A stretch of 64,000 bases of DNA from a virus (lineage: Duplodnaviria; Caudoviricetes). The DNA is taken from IMG/VR virus record IMGVR_UViG_3300035497_000412, one strand, 5' to 3'. Each line of letters begins with the position of its first letter. Within the stretch, counting starts at the first letter, position 1. The translations under genes and the position numbers were made by a program. This document shows, in pieces, positions 58,746-64,000 of this stretch. The notes beneath the pieces were generated by a model. The model was not told the DNA's origin. It saw only the letters and a program-made list of their open reading frames with translations, and did no database searches.

Positions 58746-59134
58746 TAATAGGAAATGGGAATAAAATCTCGTAGGGGTTTTGGCGCCAAAAGGCAAAGGA
58801 TTTTCGGATGAAATTTTCAAACGTTCCTTGCCGATTTTTCAAATGAGATTTTATATTGGGTCCCATACCCCATTTTCCAAAAGAGAAAAGAAGAAAGATT
58901 AATTGCGCCCGGCCGCAAACTACTTTTCCAAAACTAGGAAGTAACCCGCTCAAATTTCCCTTCTCTCTCTCCTTTTGGAGGGAGAATTTTTTTTTATTAA
59001 GATTTTGTCCCTAATTTTATATACTTTTAGGGACAAAAAATTTTTTACTAAAATTTGTCCCTACAAAAAATTTTTTAATCATTAGGACAAAATTTGTTCA
59101 CCCATTATTTTTAAAATTTATATATAGTGAGGAG

Positions 59135-59282
59135 ATGAAACTAAAGATTGTCAAATTAAAATTAGAATAACCGTAGAACAAAAAGATAAAATAATCTAGT
59201 TATTGTGAATAGCACAATACTAAAGTAAGTAAATTTATTAAAACCGCTCGTGAAAGAGCTATGAATGAGGAGAATAAATAAA
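59135..59282 (+). pseudogene. frameshifted RHH-like paralog of 60134
   Basis: KDCQIKIRITVEQKDKII, then frame change, YCEQHNTKVSKFIK. Confidence 0.6.
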
Positions 59283-59285
59283 TAA

Positions 59286-59456
59286 ATGAAAAATGATTTT
59301 GTAGTATATACTAAAAGATTAGCCAATAAGTTACATGAAGAAGGTTTTAGAATTATTGGTACTGGAATCGATAATAAAAAGCCTTGGTTTAATGTATATT
59401 ATTTTGAAGACACCCCTCAACTAAGAGAAGCTGTTCAACGGTTAAGTAAAAAGTAA
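59286..59456 (+). CDS. 56-aa DUF5659-like protein
   Basis: VYTKRLA..L...GF.I..NKKP.FNVYYFE pattern; paralog of 60341. Confidence 0.65.
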   Translation: MKNDFVVYTKRLANKLHEEGFRIIGTGIDNKKPWFNVYYFEDTPQLREAVQRLSKK

Positions 59457-59493
59457 AAACTAAAAGACAGATAAACGGAGGTAGAAATACAAA

Positions 59494-60030
59494 ATGGGCA
59501 ATTATCAACAAGCCCCAAAATTATACTATAATAAATCAGAAAAAGAAAAAGGCAAAGAAAAAGGATTTACTTATAGAAGTATAGATTTTGAAAAGGCTTT
59601 AATGAATGGATGCAGCAACTTAGCAGAATTAAAATATATGCTATTCTTAACTGGAAATATTGGAGATGGTTCTTTTAGGGTTTCAGAAGCTACCTTAAAA
59701 GAAAGAACAGGTTTAAGCAACAGCTCCATTTCTAGAGCTAGGAAGTCTCTAGAAGCAAAAGGATGGATTACTTGCGTTGAAGGAGTAAGTATTACTGTTA
59801 ATTGTGCTGCGATTTTGGGTAGTCAAGTTGATACCCCATCAAATATGGGTAATCAGGTTGACACCCCACAGGGTAGTCAAGTTGATACCCCAGAGGGGTG
59901 TCAGGTTGACACCCATAATAATATAATAAATATACCAATAAATAAGAATAATTTGAATCCTCCTTCGGAGTCTTCAAATTATTCTAGAACCGCGCCCCCA
60001 GAAGAAGAGAAATCAGTATTCATATTTTGA
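59494..60030 (+). CDS. HTH replication-initiator-like protein with four internal iterons
   Basis: HTH ERTGLSNSSISRARKSLEAKGWI; G(S/N/C)QVDT x4; Asn-rich linker. Confidence 0.7.
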   Translation: MGNYQQAPKLYYNKSEKEKGKEKGFTYRSIDFEKALMNGCSNLAELKYMLFLTGNIGDGSFRVSEATLKERTGLSNSSISRARKSLEAKGWITCVEGVSITVNCAAILGSQVDTPSNMGNQVDTPQGSQVDTPEGCQVDTHNNIINIPINKNNLNPPSESSNYSRTAPPEEEKSVFIF

Positions 60031-60133
60031 AAAGATAGGGTAGTCAACTTGACTACCCTTAAAAGCCGATCGGCCGCAAACTCTTCTCTCTTACTTTTGG
60101 AATAAAAAATTTTTTAAAGGAGATAAAAATTAA

Positions 60134-60283
60134 ATGAAAGAAAATAAAGATTGTCAAATTAAATTTAGACTGACCGCAGAACAAAAGGATAAAATTACCG
60201 AATATTGCAAAAAGCATGATATTAAAATTAGTGAATTTATTAGAAGCGCTTGTGAAAAAATTATGGACCAAGAGAAGCATTAA
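60134..60283 (+). CDS. 49-aa ribbon-helix-helix (CopG/MobC-like) protein
   Basis: QIKFRLTAEQKDKI..ISEFIR. Confidence 0.7.
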   Translation: MKENKDCQIKFRLTAEQKDKITEYCKKHDIKISEFIRSACEKIMDQEKH

Positions 60284-60340
60284 CCCATTACTTCTACTTT
60301 TGGAATGAAAAATCTATTTGTCAAAGGAGTCAAAAATCAG

Positions 60341-60511
60341 ATGAAAGAAAAAATTGTTTATATGCCTTGGATTGCTTGTGAATTAAGAAGACGAGGCTTC
60401 CCTATCGTTAGAGTTGAAGTGAATCCGCATAAGCCTTAGTTTGATTGCTATGTTTTTGAAGCAACTGAAGAGTTTCTTGCGGCATTCACTAATATTGCCA
60501 ATAAAAACTAA
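60341..60511 (+). CDS. 56-aa DUF5659-like protein (code 15)
   Basis: NPHKP(TAG=Q)FDCYVFE; same length as paralog 59286. Confidence 0.65.
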
Positions 60512-60532
60512 TCAGGAGGTTTTCAGTATATT

Positions 60533-61045
60533 ATGTCAGATCATCAGAATGGTAGAAAAGCGCCGTAGTTAAAATTTGATGTTGCAAAAGATAATGGAAA
60601 TAATTATTATGAAATTCCACAAAAAACTGCGGATATTGTTTTTAAAAAATTAGGAAATAGTTCAGCCCAATTAAGAATTATGCTAGTCCTCATTGGGACT
60701 AAACCAGGCTTTGCTATTAGTGAGCAATGGATATTGGAAAGAACTGGATTAAAACACGCTTCTTATATTAATGCAAGAAGAGATCTTTGCGAAATGGGTT
60801 GGCTTACATTAGACCCATCTAAAACTATTACAGTTAATTTTTCCGTAATACATGGAGAAAAAGGTAATACCACATTACCTAAAGAAAAATCATCAAATGA
60901 AAAAGGTAATACCACATTACCTAAGATAGGTAATACCACATTACCTAAGATAGGTAATACCACATTACCTATAATAAATAATAATACAACAGATAAAATA
61001 ATAGATAATAGAGAGCCGGAATCTGCGTCAATATTTGTATTCTGA
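60533..61045 (+). CDS. second HTH initiator-like protein with four internal iterons (code 15)
   Basis: AGGAGG RBS, AP(TAG)L versus paralog APKL, GNTTLP x4. Confidence 0.7.
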
Positions 61046-61376
61046 ATCATAAGAAAAAGAAGAATTAAGATAAACAAAAAGAATCTATTGAAGATTGCGC
61101 TTTTGGAATATAATAGGTAATGTCATATTACCTATTATAAGAGGGTAAGGATGACGATGACGTAGAAAAAAATGTCATCATACCACATAAACCGATCGGC
61201 AGATCTCATTTTCTATTTCCCCATATTATTCTAACAATTTTTCTTTGAAATTTTATATTATCCCAATAATAGCTCCTCTCTTCTTAAATATTTAACTCCC
61301 TCCCCTATCTCCTTTCTTGACTTTTATATAAAATTTTATTATAATATACTTACAAAAAACAAGAAAGGATCATCCC

Positions 61377-61688
61377 ATGATTATCAACACAACTTCCCTT
61401 TACGAACTAGTCCAAAATGGCGCAACTCGAGACGAGCTACAAAACCTTTTCCAAGAAAACCTTGAAGACGCCTTTTGGCGCAAGCGCATTGAAACAAACG
61501 CTTCTAATAGAGACGAAGATGGAGAGCGTCTTTTCAATAATATCTCAGTCTTCATCAATAAATACTACCCAGAGGCTAGAGAAATTATTTCTACTCAAAA
61601 TCCAGAAAACTTTACTAAAACCCTCGACCTACTTCTTCCTCTAATTATAGAATTTTTAGAAAGGTTGCGGGAAGTAAAAAATCTGTAA
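61377..61688 (+). CDS. hypothetical protein, related to 62252
   Basis: Promoter 61317, RBS. Confidence 0.7.
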   Translation: MIINTTSLYELVQNGATRDELQNLFQENLEDAFWRKRIETNASNRDEDGERLFNNISVFINKYYPEAREIISTQNPENFTKTLDLLLPLIIEFLERLREVKNL

Positions 61689-61950
61689 TAAAATTTCTTG
61701 GACATTAACTATTAATGACACAAAAAGAAAGCTCTATATATATTGGATATAGTAATTTTATTCAAAATCTGTAAAATATACCCAAATTTTGTTTTTTATT
61801 ACAAATATCCGTTAAAAATTAAAATTTTTAACCTTCTTTCTTTTTAGGACTCCCCTGAAGCCAACCTCCTCCCTCTTCAGGAGAGTCCTAATTTTTTTAT
61901 CTCTTTCAATTTTTCTAAAATTTTATAATAAAAAAAAAAGGAGAACCCCC

Positions 61951-62193
61951 ATGACAGCACTTATTCAACTAGAATGGTCCTTTCCAAATGGAACGGAAAT
62001 TTTTTACAGCTACATGGCCATAAATAACGTGAAGAATCGCGCAGAAGCTGTTTCGACTGTAGAAAATACCTATTCTAAAGATATGAATATAATTTCCATC
62101 AAAGCCTATCTTATCTCTTATGAATTTTGCCCTCTTACCAAAGACATTTTCGCAGAAATTCTATCAAGGGCCGCAATTAAAGATTTCTCTTGA
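61951..62193 (+). CDS. 80-aa hypothetical protein
   Basis: AAGGAG RBS. Confidence 0.65.
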   Translation: MTALIQLEWSFPNGTEIFYSYMAINNVKNRAEAVSTVENTYSKDMNIISIKAYLISYEFCPLTKDIFAEILSRAAIKDFS

Positions 62194-62251
62194 CTTTTAC
62201 AAAAAAATATTATATAATATACTTACAAAAATAAGAAAGAAGGAAACATAT

Positions 62252-62605
62252 ATGTTTGACATTCTACAGGCTCTCAAGGATGGACAGTCCGCCGATGATA
62301 TCGCAGCCTCTTTCACTACTGCGCTGAATGAAGCCATTAGTACTTACAATAAGGAACAGGAAGAGACTCAAAAGAAGACCCAAAAGCTTCTGGAAAAGAA
62401 TGAAGCCGCTTGGAAGATTTATACTTCTATCATCAACTACTATGAAACCTATTATCCAAATTATGGTATCACTACAGCTGAGTATGTTGACAAGATTGAT
62501 AAGGATTCCTTGACAAAGATTGTAATCTCTACTCTAGAAATTCCATCTTTTGACGATATCCTAAAGCTTGACGATATCCTAGAGCTTTTTGAGAAGGTCT
62601 TTTGA
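62252..62605 (+). CDS. hypothetical protein
   Basis: Promoter 62190, RBS, terminator after stop. Confidence 0.7.
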   Translation: MFDILQALKDGQSADDIAASFTTALNEAISTYNKEQEETQKKTQKLLEKNEAAWKIYTSIINYYETYYPNYGITTAEYVDKIDKDSLTKIVISTLEIPSFDDILKLDDILELFEKVF

Positions 62606-62672
62606 CCTTCTCTTTTTTTTTGAAAATATAAAAAAATATGGTATAATAAAAGAAAAAAGGAGATAAATTTTT

Positions 62673-62903
62673 ATGAAAGAACGCTTTACTGCCATTTGCG
62701 CAATTACCTTTTTTGACCCCGATGCAAATACCGCAAAGGAATACATTGTCCTTACCAACGTCGGTTCATTCCAAGAAGCAATGGAACAGATTGAAGAATA
62801 TTATGGCAATGACCTTGCCGCAGTAAACATTACACTAGCTCCCGATCGTTTTTATAACATTACCAAGGAGCAATACAATACTATTATTGATGCAACTATT
62901 TAA
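62673..62903 (+). CDS. 76-aa hypothetical protein
   Basis: AAGGAG RBS; SF.EAM.QIEEYYG motif. Confidence 0.7.
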   Translation: MKERFTAICAITFFDPDANTAKEYIVLTNVGSFQEAMEQIEEYYGNDLAAVNITLAPDRFYNITKEQYNTIIDATI

Positions 62904-63022
62904 GTCCTAAATCCCCATTTGGACTCTTTATACTAATATTATAGAATATTTTTTTAGAAAAATCAACTAAAGGAGAAAATTATTATTCTTAGCTTTAATT
63001 TACTAAAACAAAAGGAGATAAA

Positions 63023-63175
63023 ATGGGCTTAATTCTTGCTATTGGACTTGTGATTTGCCTAATGGTAAATATTTACTTTTGCGCTATTGGAACTCAAAGC
63101 TCTTGGTCTTCTACCCTATTTTTTGCTGTTGCTCTAATAGTAGAATGCGGACGCCAATTTTTTACAAAAAAGTAA
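63023..63175 (+). CDS. 50-aa small membrane protein
   Basis: AAGGAG RBS, two hydrophobic stretches. Confidence 0.55.
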   Translation: MGLILAIGLVICLMVNIYFCAIGTQSSWSSTLFFAVALIVECGRQFFTKK

Positions 63176-63286
63176 AATTTTATACTTTTAAAGATAGCTT
63201 TTTCTAAAGCTATCTTTTTTTTTGATTTTTTATAAAAATAATTATATAATATATATAACAAAAGATAAAGAAAGGAAGTAACAATT

Positions 63287-63451
63287 ATGAAGTGGTATGA
63301 AGCAGCTAAATATCTTGAGGAAACATATGATACAGTGGTTGATTACGATCAAGAGTATTTCATTTGCCCAGAATGTCAAGAGCCTATCTATTTTGATGAC
63401 TATCCAGAGGTCCCCGATGAGTATTGTCCCATCTGCGAATGCCCATGGTGA
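63287..63451 (+). CDS. 54-aa Zn-ribbon protein
   Basis: CPEC..CPIC, promoter 63222. Confidence 0.7.
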   Translation: MKWYEAAKYLEETYDTVVDYDQEYFICPECQEPIYFDDYPEVPDEYCPICECPW

Positions 63452-63509
63452 TTTTTATACTTAGCAGATATCGTTCCAATTCAAGATAATTAATTTATGA
63501 TAAAAGGAG

Positions 63510-63992
63510 TTGATATCTATAATTGCTAAAATTATTGTTATTATCTTTATCGCTATGAACGCATATGCAATTTACAGAACAATCAAAAGCAATAAAAAGA
63601 AAAATGATAGCTTTGACGGTATTGTATTGACATATGAAGACTTCTTAAATTTTTATTCACTAAATCCTAACCGATGGCATTTGGAACCATATAATGTTAC
63701 AGTTATTAAAACTATGAATCCTTATGGTATTGGGAATGTATACTACCATGTAAAATTTAAAACCGCTATAGACGCCGCGAGATATAGGAAATTTTACTCT
63801 AATAAGGAAGAAAGAGATAGACAAATTGAACGGAACAAAAAGAATGCGGCCTTCCTAAATTTAATGCAAGAAGATATCAATGCCGCAAGAAAGCGAGCTA
63901 GCGAAGAAATCGCAACTGCTGCTACTATTAGCGAAAGACTAATCAAAGAAACAATTGACCAGCAAATTAATAATGCGCTTAGTCGTTTATAA
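63510..63992 (+). CDS. membrane-anchored coiled-coil hypothetical protein
   Basis: N-terminal TM segment, AAAGGAG RBS. Confidence 0.7.
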   Translation: MISIIAKIIVIIFIAMNAYAIYRTIKSNKKKNDSFDGIVLTYEDFLNFYSLNPNRWHLEPYNVTVIKTMNPYGIGNVYYHVKFKTAIDAARYRKFYSNKEERDRQIERNKKNAAFLNLMQEDINAARKRASEEIATAATISERLIKETIDQQINNALSRL

Positions 63993-64000
63993 AAGGAAGT

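Noticed and set aside
43137-58953. Minus-strand ORFs in the early region and plus ORFs 42119, 57146 and 57162
   Set aside because: They overlap better-supported genes or regulatory repeats, lack an RBS and have low-complexity translations
1-64000. Suppressor tRNA-CUA or other tRNA
   Set aside because: No cloverleaf recognised by eye; tRNAscan-SE is needed to exclude it
1-64000. Strand-polar GCCGCA motif
   Set aside because: Seems frequent but occurs in both orientations; cannot be supported without counts

Overview
Fragment of a large tailed (siphovirus-like) phage. The sigma-A-type promoters, strong AGAAAGGA RBSs and an AbrB homolog point to a low-GC Firmicute/Clostridia host (inference). 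(1) 1-40.9 kb is a minus-strand late module: terminase, portal, protease/scaffold, capsid, neck, tail tube, a ~3225-aa tape measure and tail-tip genes. It only gives full-length genes if TAG is read as Gln (genetic code 15); the supplied ORF track is fragmented at TAG. (2) The module carries nine group I introns: five in terL, one in the major tail protein and three in the tape measure. I mapped their splice sites by hand from the P1 U-G pair, P10 and terminal G, and splicing restores the reading frame in every case. Three introns carry homing-endonuclease ORFs, and one of these has no stop codon and runs in frame into the terminase nuclease exon. (3) 41-57 kb is a plus-strand, TAG-free early/accessory region with many small genes and many near-consensus promoters. 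Its non-coding islands are built from recurring elements: 27-nt GC hairpins at antisense/convergent promoters, a ~130-nt structured leader in three copies, octamer-periodic palindromes, TGACGAA boxes and GTTAG..CTAAC boxes. (4) 57-61 kb is an origin-like region followed by two tandem paralogous initiator-like modules, each with its own iteron. No suppressor tRNA, release factor or CRISPR array was seen. All coordinates were derived by eye; no database search was run.
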